From contig CAZOZG010000004.1 of assembly GCA_964584225.1 (NCBI GenBank), positions 1 through 50,508 on the forward strand: a stretch of 50,508 bases of DNA, in the 5' to 3' direction. The notes beneath the pieces were generated by a model that saw only the letters and a list, made by a program, of their open reading frames with translations, had not been told where the DNA came from and ran no database searches. Positions within the stretch are counted from its first letter, which is position 1. Every line of letters starts with the position of its first letter. This DNA is from an uncultured Candidatus Saccharibacteria bacterium. Its GTDB lineage: Bacteria; Patescibacteriota; Minisyncoccia; Phycocordibacterales; UBA2100. The translations under genes were made by a program, and so were the position numbers. Shown here piece after piece: positions 24,569 to 32,830 of the stretch.

Positions 24569-24971
24569 TACTGGCGGAGTACTGGAAACAATGATTCTAC
24601 CTGCTCTTGCGCGGGGCGGTTATTCTGTTGAAAAGCAGGTGCACGTGGGCGTTCGGCTTGGGAAAAAAGGAAAACATAAAGTAGACGCTATCGCTACAAA
24701 AGGTAATTTGAAGATTCTCGTTTCTTCGAAGTGGCAGCAGGTATCGGGTACGGCTGAAGAAAAAGTCCCATACGAAATAATGTGTTTAGCTGAGGCGATA
24801 AAAGATAATCCCGCATACAAAAAGGCCTATGTAATATTAGGTGGAGATGGATGGAGCTTAAGAGAATTTTATATCTCGGATAGGCTGGGAAAGTTTATGC
24901 AGAACGTTGCTTTGGTTAAGGTTGTGAGTCTTGAGCGGTTTATTGCGATGGCCAATAAGGCTGAGCTCTAA
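24549..24971 (+). CDS. Putative type II restriction endonuclease (small PD-(D/E)xK-like)
   Basis: 140-aa ORF overlapping the MTase 3' end by 20 nt. HKVDAIA...ILVSSKWQQVSGTAEEK resembles a D...(S/E)xK nuclease core. The call rests mainly on gene context. Confidence 0.6.
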   Translation: MSPRNTNTGGVLETMILPALARGGYSVEKQVHVGVRLGKKGKHKVDAIATKGNLKILVSSKWQQVSGTAEEKVPYEIMCLAEAIKDNPAYKKAYVILGGDGWSLREFYISDRLGKFMQNVALVKVVSLERFIAMANKAEL

Positions 24972-25040
24972 GTCAGGTTTTATTTGAAAAGAAATATAGA
25001 TGCGATCGACGCTGCGTGCGCTGCTACGCCAGGGTAGATT

Positions 25041-25049
25041 TGGTAGACT
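25041..25049 (+). promoter_or_regulatory. Extended -10 box TGGTAGACT, 6 nt upstream of the ATG at 25056
   Basis: TGGTAGACT-aaggca-ATG. Confidence 0.55.
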
Positions 25050-25055
25050 AAGGCA

Positions 25056-25664
25056 ATGAGAAAGATAATTGTGTTGTCGTTCATAACTCTCGACGGGGTG
25101 ATGCAGGCGCCGGGTGGCCCGGAGGAAGATACGTCGGGTGGATTCAAATACGGTGGTTGGAGTTTTCCGTACAGCGACGACTTTTCGATGCATATTATTT
25201 TGGAGCAGATGGTCGGGCACCCGTACGATTTGCTACTCGGCAGAAAGACGTATGACATTTGGGCAGCGTACTGGCCGAAACACTTCGACAACCCAATCGG
25301 AGAAGCGTTTCAGAAGGCGACCAAGTATGTCGCGTCGACGACGCTGACGAATCCGACGTGGGAGACAACGGTGGTGTTTAAAGAGAATGTTGTCGAGGAG
25401 ATTAAGAAGTTGAAAGCATCTGAAGGACCGGAGATACAAGTGCAGGGGAGCGGTAATTTGATCCAAACGCTTTTGAAAAACGATCTCGTCGACGAGCTCT
25501 GGCTCAAAATTCATCCGATCACGCTCGGCCCGGGAAAAAAATTATTTGCAGAAGGCACCATCCCAGCCGCGTTCACACTGACTGATTCAAAGGTCTCGCC
25601 CAAAGGAGTGATATTTGCCAACTACGCCCGCGCAGGTGATGTGAAGACAGGCTCGTTCGCCTAA
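25056..25664 (+). CDS. Dihydrofolate reductase-like (RibD C-terminal domain) family protein
   Basis: MRKIIVLSFITLDGVMQAPGGPEED...LLLGRKTYDIWAAYWP...IQVQGSGNLIQTLL. Confidence 0.8.
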   Translation: MRKIIVLSFITLDGVMQAPGGPEEDTSGGFKYGGWSFPYSDDFSMHIILEQMVGHPYDLLLGRKTYDIWAAYWPKHFDNPIGEAFQKATKYVASTTLTNPTWETTVVFKENVVEEIKKLKASEGPEIQVQGSGNLIQTLLKNDLVDELWLKIHPITLGPGKKLFAEGTIPAAFTLTDSKVSPKGVIFANYARAGDVKTGSFA

Positions 25665-25669
25665 AAGGT

Positions 25670-25700
25670 ATCGCCCGGCGGCTCGAAGCCGACGGGCGAT
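25670..25700. terminator. Hairpin between convergent genes
   Basis: ATCGCCCGGCGGC-tcgaa-GCCGACGGGCGAT forms a 13-bp stem with one mismatch. Confidence 0.6.
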
Positions 25701-25713
25701 TGATTTGGTGACA

Positions 25714-26400
25714 TCACGCGACTTGGTGATGCGGCTGACGCCGATGCCTATGCGGATGAGGATTCTTTCCGTTTACTTCTCCGATCTTATCGAAAGCGGC
25801 GTTTCGGGCTTGTTCGTAACGCGTTGCACGCCACTCCTTTACATCGATGATAAGCCACTCTTCGTGCAGATTACGGATATGCCATACACCCACGAGCGGA
25901 TTGTCGATCTCACGAATGATGAAGAAGATGAGACCGAAGAGGTAGCTGGTGCTGCCGATGGTGATAACACCGCTCATTGCATCGGGATACTGTAATCCCA
26001 TGAAGGCACCGAGTACCGACCACGAGAGCACGAACAACAGCACGTGCACAAGTGGCGAGAGGTCTTCGTCGCAGAGTCTCATAAAGGTGTCGATGTCATA
26101 ATTCTTCACCGACTCCCGCAGCCCCTTGTACTCCGCCCACACCGTGTCGAGCGCCTTGTTCGCAACGAGTGCGTAGAGAATGCCGAACGTCGTAATCCAT
26201 GACGCCGTTGCGATACCCTCCAGCTCTTTCGGGAAGTGAATGTTGTTGGGGTACATCCAATACCACCACACAAATGTCACCGCCAACGCAGGCAGAAATG
26301 GGTAGAAGAGCAACAAGGCGGCCTTTATCGCAACTTCGAAGAATCGCTCGAACCGCTCCCGCAAGGGACGCCGACGTTTCGCCCATCGATAGATATGCAT
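25714..26400 (-). CDS. Integral membrane protein (possibly DUF4239-like)
   Basis: 228 aa with TM helices at both ends and a His/Arg-rich C-terminal tail. The family guess is weak. Confidence 0.65.
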   Translation of the reverse strand: MHIYRWAKRRRPLRERFERFFEVAIKAALLLFYPFLPALAVTFVWWYWMYPNNIHFPKELEGIATASWITTFGILYALVANKALDTVWAEYKGLRESVKNYDIDTFMRLCDEDLSPLVHVLLFVLSWSVLGAFMGLQYPDAMSGVITIGSTSYLFGLIFFIIREIDNPLVGVWHIRNLHEEWLIIDVKEWRATRYEQARNAAFDKIGEVNGKNPHPHRHRRQPHHQVA

Positions 26401-26503
26401 CCTTCTCCTCCGTCAATTTCGTGTCGATTTGCTACGAGGAATAATACATTAAAGAATGCAATATGTCAATCTCTTCGCCTCGTCAGGGCGGGAGCCGAGT
26501 GTC

Positions 26504-26512
26504 TGCTATACT
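26504..26512 (+). promoter_or_regulatory. Extended -10 box TGCTATACT, 6 nt upstream of the GTG at 26519
   Basis: TGCTATACT-gcctgc-GTG. This supports the internal GTG as the cyclophilin start. Confidence 0.5.
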
Positions 26513-26518
26513 GCCTGC

Positions 26519-26995
26519 GTGAACGTTTTGCTCAATACGAATAAGGGGATCATCAGGATCGACATGATGGAAACCGACGCGCCGAACACGGTCGCGAATT
26601 TCGTGAAGCTTGCCAAAGAGGGATTTTACAATGACACGAAATTTCACCGCGTCATTGCCGGATTCATGATCCAAGGTGGCGACCCACAGACAAAAGACGA
26701 CACGCTCATGGCCCGATGGGGGACCGGGGGCCCGGGCTACAAATTCGAAGACGAGATTCACGCCAATAATCGCAACGCTGTCGGCACAATCGCGATGGCA
26801 AATGCCGGCCTGAATGCGAATGGGTCGCAGTTTTTCATCAATGTGAAAGACAATAATTTTCTCGATACGAAACACACCGTTTTTGGAAAGGTTGTCGCCG
26901 GCATGGATGTTGTAAAGGCGATTGAAAATGTCGCCACCAACGAGACAGATCGCCCGCTCGAGCCTGTCATCATCCAAAGCGTTACCGTTCAATAA
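26519..26995 (+). CDS. ppiB: Cyclophilin-type peptidyl-prolyl cis-trans isomerase
   Basis: NTNKGIIRIDM..APNTVANFVKLAKEGFYNDTKFHRVIAGFMIQGGDP...GTIAMANAG.NANGSQFFI. The first 21 aa of the track ORF (from 26456) do not resemble cyclophilin. Confidence 0.9.
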   Translation: MNVLLNTNKGIIRIDMMETDAPNTVANFVKLAKEGFYNDTKFHRVIAGFMIQGGDPQTKDDTLMARWGTGGPGYKFEDEIHANNRNAVGTIAMANAGLNANGSQFFINVKDNNFLDTKHTVFGKVVAGMDVVKAIENVATNETDRPLEPVIIQSVTVQ

Positions 26996-27000
26996 ATACT

Positions 27001-27546
27001 ATGGCGAAGATGCTGATGGGATTGATTGTGCTGATCGCGCTTCTGGTCGTGCTATCAATTTTCATTCCATCTCCAAAACCAATCTGGTCGCAGCCGGCAG
27101 ATTACCAAAACATTTCGTACTCGATCGATGGCATGAGCGTGCAACTCAAAAACGGCACTGCTGTCGCGCCGGCAGCGCCGGGCTCGGCATCGATGGTGTC
27201 GACGCAATATTTCGGCAACATCGCAAAAGGGGATTTGGATAGCGACGGAATTCCAGATCTGGCTTTTTTGCTTACGCAGAGCGGTGGCGGGAGCGGCACC
27301 TTTTATTACGTCGTCGCAGCGATCCAGCATGCAAATAATTCGTACACGGGGACAGATGCAATTCTGCTCGGCGATCGCATCGCGCCACAGACGACAGAAA
27401 TCCGAGACGGCGAGATCGTCGTCAACTATGCTGATAGAAAGCCGAATGAGCCGATGACTACTCAGCCAAGCGTCGGGGTGACAAAGTATCTGAAAGTGTC
27501 CAACGGGAAACTTGTTGAGACCGACGCGAACGGCTCGCCGCTGTAG
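27001..27546 (+). CDS. Membrane-anchored exported hypothetical protein
   Basis: N-terminal TM LMGLIVLIALLVVLSIFI; 181 aa. Confidence 0.7.
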   Translation: MAKMLMGLIVLIALLVVLSIFIPSPKPIWSQPADYQNISYSIDGMSVQLKNGTAVAPAAPGSASMVSTQYFGNIAKGDLDSDGIPDLAFLLTQSGGGSGTFYYVVAAIQHANNSYTGTDAILLGDRIAPQTTEIRDGEIVVNYADRKPNEPMTTQPSVGVTKYLKVSNGKLVETDANGSPL

Positions 27547-27644
27547 TTTTTCTTCTTCATATTTCGTTCATTTTCTCCCCGTAATGCGCGGGGACCCTTG
27601 TGCGTCACCTATCACGCAGGATTACCAGTTAATCCTAAAGGCAT

Positions 27645-28808
27645 ATGAACAAGAATTTCTGGTTAGGAATCTTAGTAGCAGTCGTTGTCATTGGTGGCGG
27701 CTATTGGTTTGTCACCGACAACGGCCTTAGTTCTGTCAACACGAATAGTAACGGCAACACGACGCCGACGTTGAGTTTTGGCGACGTGATGGTGCCGGGT
27801 GCCCCGAACACAGGTGTTGAAACGCCGACGCAGTCGACGGATACATCGTCTGACACGTCGTCTACACAAACGCCAGCGGGGAATCCGCCGACGGTAATGA
27901 CCGATCAGTACGCAGTGCCGTCGAATTCGACCGCTGTCGTGACTGGTCGTGTGATCCCGAATGGTGCGCCGACCTTGTACTGGTATGAGTACGGTCCGTC
28001 ACTCGCTCTCCAAGCACGCACTGCTTCGCAGGCGATCGGCTCTGGTGAGAACACGATCCCGTCGCCCGGCTACATTACGGGCTTGTCATCCAACACGACG
28101 TATTACTTCCGCTTGAGTGCTGAGAACGCGTACGGCACCGTACACGGTGCGACCTACAGCTTCACGACCAACAACAACGCGCCGGCGCCGAGCACGCCGC
28201 CGATCGCTTCTACGAACGCTGCGACCGACGTGACGCGCACGGACGCTGTCGTGAATGCTCACGTCAACCCGAATGGCACAGCGACGACGATCTGGTTTGA
28301 GTACGGCACAACACCGGACTTGGGCCGTGTGAGCTCCTTCATGGCGGTCGGCGGGGGTACCAATTCGCTCGCAGAATCTGCGACGATTACGGGCCTCAAC
28401 CCGCTGACGAAGTATTACTTCCGTGTGGACGCGCAGAATGAATTCGGCACGGTGACCGGCTCAATGCAGAGCTTCACAACCGCCGGGCCTGCGTTTCCGG
28501 GAGTTCCGGGTGTCGACACGACTGCAGTCGTTTCGATTGGTAGCACGACGGCGACCTTCGCGGGTCGCGTGAACCCCAACGGTGCACAAACTTCGTACTA
28601 CTTCGAGTACAGCACTGATTCGCACATGAATCGCGCGGTCGCGACGATCGCCGGTGCGATGAATCTCAGCGCTGGTGCATCGACCTTGCGTGTATCTGCA
28701 GACGCGACGGGATTGAGCCATGGGACCACGTACTTTGTCCGCCTTGTGGCGCACAACCAGTACGGTACGGTTCGCGGCGACATCGTCTCGTTTACGACAG
28801 CTCACTAA
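27645..28808 (+). CDS. Exported protein with three tandem FN3-like modules
   Basis: An N-terminal TM is followed by three ~95-aa repeats, each with V.G.VNPNG..T.YWFEYG...I.GL...T.YYFR..A.N..GTV.G....FTT. Confidence 0.85.
   Translation: MNKNFWLGILVAVVVIGGGYWFVTDNGLSSVNTNSNGNTTPTLSFGDVMVPGAPNTGVETPTQSTDTSSDTSSTQTPAGNPPTVMTDQYAVPSNSTAVVTGRVIPNGAPTLYWYEYGPSLALQARTASQAIGSGENTIPSPGYITGLSSNTTYYFRLSAENAYGTVHGATYSFTTNNNAPAPSTPPIASTNAATDVTRTDAVVNAHVNPNGTATTIWFEYGTTPDLGRVSSFMAVGGGTNSLAESATITGLNPLTKYYFRVDAQNEFGTVTGSMQSFTTAGPAFPGVPGVDTTAVVSIGSTTATFAGRVNPNGAQTSYYFEYSTDSHMNRAVATIAGAMNLSAGASTLRVSADATGLSHGTTYFVRLVAHNQYGTVRGDIVSFTTAH
27888..28799 (+). repeat. Three tandem ~285-nt coding repeats (FN3-like modules), diverged at the nucleotide level
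   Basis: Protein-level repeats end ...GATYSFTT, ...GSMQSFTT and ...GDIVSFTT. The boundaries are approximate. Confidence 0.7.
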
Positions 28809-28819
28809 GGAGTTTTCTT

Positions 28820-28847
28820 GGCGGCCGCCCCGAAAGGGGCGGCCGCC
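28820..28847 (+). terminator. GC-rich hairpin terminator
   Basis: GGCGGCCGCCCC-gaaa-GGGGCGGCCGCC followed by TTC. Confidence 0.7.
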
Positions 28848-28907
28848 TTCATGCAAAGTTCCCGAGCAACATCGTACGATGACAGCTTATTCGTTATTAC
28901 ATTTTGT

Positions 28908-29258
28908 ATGCACAAGTATTTTGTTCTCTATAAAGCTCCAGCCGCTGAGTTTCAAAAGCTCATGCGCAATGCCGGAAAAATGAGCGAGTCAGATCGCAAC
29001 AAGGGAATGGACGAGTGGAATAAGTGGATGAAGGATCACAAAAACCACATTCGCGATATGGGCGCACCGCTCGGTAAAACAAAAGTCGCATCAAAAAAAG
29101 GCGTTAAGGACGGCATGAATGATATCGGCGGCTATTCGATTGTGGAGGCAGATTCACAAGAAGAAGCAGCGGAAATGTTTGCGGGTGATCATCCGCACTA
29201 TCAGATTCCGAAGGCGACGATTGAGGTCATGGAGGTCATGGAGATGCCGGGCATGTAG
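28908..29258 (+). CDS. Hypothetical small protein (116 aa)
   Basis: MHKYFVLYKAPAAEFQKLM... The track start at 28818 lies inside the upstream terminator hairpin and was rejected. Confidence 0.6.
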   Translation: MHKYFVLYKAPAAEFQKLMRNAGKMSESDRNKGMDEWNKWMKDHKNHIRDMGAPLGKTKVASKKGVKDGMNDIGGYSIVEADSQEEAAEMFAGDHPHYQIPKATIEVMEVMEMPGM

Positions 29259-29275
29259 TACTACATACAGAAGCG

Positions 29276-29306
29276 GGCGGCCGTCGGCCCTGGGCCGACG
29301 GCCGCC
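29276..29306. terminator. GC-rich palindromic hairpin between convergent genes
   Basis: GGCGGCCGTCGGCCC-t-GGGCCGACGGCCGCC followed by TTCGCATTTC. Confidence 0.7.
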
Positions 29307-29330
29307 TTCGCATTTCTGCATTTCTCCAAA

Positions 29331-29723
29331 TCAAAAGTTGAAATTTTTCGCGAGTCCACCGACGAGCGGCAGCTCTTTCTGCTTGTCTTGCAAGACATTC
29401 ACGATCCCAATAATTGCGAGAACGATCGTGGCGAGTTGTACGAGCTGGATGATGCCCCAAAATTGCCAGCCCAAAACCGTCATGCCGACTGCCCACAAGA
29501 TGAGCCAGATCACGAAGAGCACGGCGCCTTGTTTGAGATGAAATTTCACCGTCGGATCATCTTTGGCCATGAGAAACGGAATAATGATGAGAATTCCGAG
29601 ATACGCGAACACGCTCATGAGTTTCGTGTTACCGCCGTGTACGGCGCCGCCAGCCTGAGGAGGATTCTGCGGAGCTTGCTGCTGCGAACTCGACGAGGAC
29701 TGTTGCGATTGATTGTCGTCCAT
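29331..29723 (-). CDS. DUF4870-like membrane protein
   Basis: A Q/S-rich N-terminus is followed by SVFAYLGILIIIPFLMAKDDPTVKFHLKQGAVLFVIW, a pattern typical of that family. Confidence 0.7.
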   Translation of the reverse strand: MDDNQSQQSSSSSQQQAPQNPPQAGGAVHGGNTKLMSVFAYLGILIIIPFLMAKDDPTVKFHLKQGAVLFVIWLILWAVGMTVLGWQFWGIIQLVQLATIVLAIIGIVNVLQDKQKELPLVGGLAKNFNF

Positions 29724-29880
29724 AGAGGGTGGTTAATGCGTAATGCCCGACAGTATACCGACTCTGGGCAGGTAGTGGATATTGACTCATCAACGCGTAC
29801 GTTGCACTTCTCAATACCGGTTTGCCGCAGATTTCGTGGATAAGGGTTTGCAAATTTAAGCGTAGGAGTAGAATGGGTGC

Positions 29881-30051
29881 ATGGCAAAGAACGGGCCAAA
29901 AGGAAAGGGGCGCAAAGGTGAAGTGAGTCGCCGATCGCAGGTCTTGAGTCCGCGCAATAAGCGCTGGACCAAGGTCGACAACAAGACCGGTCGATTCATG
30001 GATCAGATGGCCAAAAAGGGCCGTGCGTTCAAAGGGGTTCGGATGAAATAA
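29881..30051 (+). CDS. Unannotated small basic protein (56 aa)
   Basis: My translation: MAKNGPKGKGRKGEVSRRSQVLSPRNKRWTKVDNKTGRFMDQMAKKGRAFKGVRMK*. TAGAAT (29869-29874) lies 6 nt upstream of the ATG. The ORF is below the 60-aa cutoff of the track. Confidence 0.5.
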   Translation: MAKNGPKGKGRKGEVSRRSQVLSPRNKRWTKVDNKTGRFMDQMAKKGRAFKGVRMK

Positions 30052-30071
30052 TTATTGGTAACAGTCATGAT

Positions 30072-30860
30072 ATGAACGACACAATGAATGCCGGTGATTC
30101 CGGTACGATGAATAGAGCGGGGGGCGGTGGTATGAACAAAAGTATTTATATTGTTATTGCAATTATTATTTTGGGTGCGCTCGGTTTTTTTCTTTTCGGT
30201 AGCAAATCGGGGATGATGGGCGGCGCGAATGCGACGACAACTGGTGCGGCTGGTGCGGCTGGTGCGAATGTTGCAGCAGCTCCGAGTACGCCCACAGGCA
30301 CAATGGCCGACATCATGGCACGCGGCGGCAACCAAGAATGTAGCGTCACAAGCACGGCCGGTGGCCAAAACACAAGTGGCACGGTGTATGTGGGTGGCGG
30401 CAAAATGCGCGGCAATTTCACTTCGCAGACACAAGGTGGTGCAATTCAAAGTCACATGATCTCGGATGGCCAAAATGTCTATGTCTGGTCGAGCCTCATG
30501 ACGCAAGGCATTGAGATGTCCGTTGCGCAAGCGAAGAGCGGACAAAGCTCCGGTGCACAGCAAAATCTCTACAATCAGCAAGTGAATTACAGCTGTAAGC
30601 CGTGGACCCTCGACGCAGCGCAGTTCACACTCCCGAGTGGCATCAAATTTACCACGATGGCGCAGATGACAAGCGGCGCGACGGCTCCTAAGGCGACATC
30701 GCCGTCTTCTGGTGCGAGCGCGGGCGCGAACAGCAACACAAGCGCGAGTGGCGGCTCAACGAGCGGCTCGGGCGCAAGTGCGCCCAATTGTGCAATGTGT
30801 GACAGTGCTCCGGCGGGCGAATCGCGTGATCAGTGTAAAGCGTACTTCGGATGTAAGTAA
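30072..30860 (+). CDS. Membrane-anchored exported hypothetical protein with a Cys-containing C-terminus
   Basis: TM IYIVIAIIILGALGFFLF; low-complexity Ala/Gly/Ser stretches; ends CAMCDSAPAGESRDQCKAYFGCK. Confidence 0.7.
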   Translation: MNDTMNAGDSGTMNRAGGGGMNKSIYIVIAIIILGALGFFLFGSKSGMMGGANATTTGAAGAAGANVAAAPSTPTGTMADIMARGGNQECSVTSTAGGQNTSGTVYVGGGKMRGNFTSQTQGGAIQSHMISDGQNVYVWSSLMTQGIEMSVAQAKSGQSSGAQQNLYNQQVNYSCKPWTLDAAQFTLPSGIKFTTMAQMTSGATAPKATSPSSGASAGANSNTSASGGSTSGSGASAPNCAMCDSAPAGESRDQCKAYFGCK

Positions 30861-30871
30861 GGTTTTTTGGT

Positions 30872-30904
30872 GCGCGACCCGAGCGCGTAGCGCTCGGGTC
30901 GCGC
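30872..30904 (+). terminator. Rho-independent terminator
   Basis: GCGCGACCCGAGCGC-gta-GCGCTCGGGTCGCGC followed by TTTCTC. Confidence 0.8.
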
Positions 30905-30934
30905 TTTCTCATGCGTAATTTTGTACAATAGTGT

Positions 30935-31879
30935 ATGCGTCGTTTTCTCTTGGACATTTTGCTTCTTGCCGCCGTTGCCGTTGGTATCTTTCTTTTCCGA
31001 GCACCCCTATGGAAAGTTGCGGCGCAACTCGAACAAATCGCGCTTCCGTGTCGTCAACCGATTACGTACTCCATCGGTACCCTCGACCCGCGCTTCGGAC
31101 TTTCGAAAAGCGGTTTTGTTGCATCGATAGAGAAAGCTGAAGGTCTCTGGGAAAAGGCGAGCGGCAAAAATTTGTTTCAGTATCAGTCCACTGGGGGCGT
31201 CTTGAGTGTGAACCTCGTTTTTGATTCTCGACAAGCAACGACCGACAAACTCCACACGCTTGGCACCAAGATCGACACGTCGCAAGCTTCCTACGATGAG
31301 TTCAAGACGCAGTACGACGCGCTTCTTGCGAAATACACCGCGGATAAAAATAACTATGAGGAAGCACTCGCATCGTATGAGCGCGATCAGGCTTCATACA
31401 ATCAGGAAGTTCAGTATTGGAACGCGCGCGGTGGCGCGCCTCGCGCACAATACAACCAGCTGCAGGCAGAAAAATCTTCGTTGCAAAGCGAGTCAGTTGC
31501 GATTCAATCTCAGCAGGATTCTCTCAATGCCGAAACAAAGCAATTTAATCAACTCGTAGACGAACTCAACAACAGCGCGAACGCGTTTAACAACACTGTC
31601 TCTACCTACAACACTGTCGGCTCATCTGCCGGTGCAGAATTTGAGGAAGGTTTGTATCAAAGCTCGACCGGCAATCAAGAAATCGACGTGTACGAATTTT
31701 CCTCACAAGCACGGCTCGTGCGCGTCCTTGCACACGAGCTTGGACACGCGCTCGGTATGAACCACGTCAGCGATCCGCAGGCGATCATGTATTACCTCAA
31801 CCAAAGCTCAAATGAGGTTGTTACCGACGCAGATCTTACCGAACTAGATCGCGTGTGCTCGAGCGGTGTTCGTCTCTAA
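30935..31879 (+). CDS. Matrixin-like (M10) zinc metalloprotease with a long Q/N-rich coiled-coil insert
   Basis: N-terminal TM. LAHELGHALGMNHVSDPQAIMYY (HExxHxxGxxH plus Met-turn). About 130 aa of heptad-like Q/N/S/A-rich sequence precede the catalytic helix. Confidence 0.75.
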   Translation: MRRFLLDILLLAAVAVGIFLFRAPLWKVAAQLEQIALPCRQPITYSIGTLDPRFGLSKSGFVASIEKAEGLWEKASGKNLFQYQSTGGVLSVNLVFDSRQATTDKLHTLGTKIDTSQASYDEFKTQYDALLAKYTADKNNYEEALASYERDQASYNQEVQYWNARGGAPRAQYNQLQAEKSSLQSESVAIQSQQDSLNAETKQFNQLVDELNNSANAFNNTVSTYNTVGSSAGAEFEEGLYQSSTGNQEIDVYEFSSQARLVRVLAHELGHALGMNHVSDPQAIMYYLNQSSNEVVTDADLTELDRVCSSGVRL

Positions 31880-31971
31880 AAATACAGTTCACTCGGCTTT
31901 CACTGCGGCGCGGGTGTAATGGATGTGGTCGATACAACATTACGCATCTAAGCATCTACACCACACGACCT

Positions 31972-32739
31972 ATGACATCTTCTACCATTGCACGCATCGC
32001 GGGGACTGCGTCACTTGCGCTCATTCTTTCTTCAGGAATTGCGCTGGCACAGACCTACACTACTGGAACCACTGGATCAACTGACACGACCGGGACGGGG
32101 CTCACCGGCACCGTGACTGCGAGTCCCTCGACTCCGGCAACTGACGCGACTGACACGACCAGCTCAAGTGCGTCCGGATCGCCGAGCGCTCCGAACACGG
32201 GTGCAGGCGGCGACGCCGCGATGAACTTTGCTCTGCTTGGTTCGTCGGCAGCGATCGCGATCGCCGCACTCCAGTCGGGAAGTGATGATCTCCCGCTGCG
32301 GCTCGATATTCCGTCACTTCATATCGACGCTGCTGTGCAGGACGTCGGAGTGAAACCAGACGGCTCGATGGGAACGCCGAATAATTTTACCGACGTCGCG
32401 TGGTACAAGTACGGCACAGTTCCTGGTGAAATCGGTAGCGCAGTTATCGACGGTCACGTCGACAACGGACTCTCGCTTGCCGGCGTCTTCAAGCATTTAA
32501 ATAACATAGAGGTCGGCGATGAAGTCGACGTGCAGACTGAAAGTGGAAAGACGCTACGCTTTACGGTCGCTGCAATTGCAGATTACGATTACAAATCCGT
32601 ACCGACCAACCAACTTTTCAACGCCTCAGACGTGCCTCGACTCAATCTCATCACCTGCGATGGAGCGTGGGTGAAAGGTGAGAAAACCTACGATCATCGC
32701 CTCGTCGTCTACACGACGCTTACGAGCATTGAAGGGTAA
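31972..32739 (+). CDS. Sortase-family transpeptidase (class E/F-like)
   Basis: AVIDGHVDN (His), NLITCDGAW (TLxTC-type Cys) and HRLVVYT (Arg). An N-terminal signal-like segment is followed by a Thr/Ser-rich linker and a second hydrophobic helix. Confidence 0.8.
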   Translation: MTSSTIARIAGTASLALILSSGIALAQTYTTGTTGSTDTTGTGLTGTVTASPSTPATDATDTTSSSASGSPSAPNTGAGGDAAMNFALLGSSAAIAIAALQSGSDDLPLRLDIPSLHIDAAVQDVGVKPDGSMGTPNNFTDVAWYKYGTVPGEIGSAVIDGHVDNGLSLAGVFKHLNNIEVGDEVDVQTESGKTLRFTVAAIADYDYKSVPTNQLFNASDVPRLNLITCDGAWVKGEKTYDHRLVVYTTLTSIEG

Positions 32740-32741
32740 AT

Positions 32742-32770
32742 TTGACATTCATCTCGCTGTGTGGCAGCAT
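32742..32770 (+). promoter_or_regulatory. Sigma70-like promoter TTGACA-17-CAGCAT with a TG extension
   Basis: TTGACAttcatctcgctgtgTGgCAGCAT, followed by a ~60-nt leader ending in AGGAGG (32818-32823), 7 nt before the ATG at 32831. Confidence 0.55.
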
Positions 32771-32830
32771 GCCGCACAGTTCAGAAAAGCCTCATTATCT
32801 GAGGTACACGGAACCAATCAGGAGGATCGC

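Noticed and set aside
27575-27600. Hairpin TCCCCG-taatgcg-CGGGGA after the 181-aa gene.
   Set aside because: The stem is short and has no downstream U-tract, so it is too weak to call a terminator.
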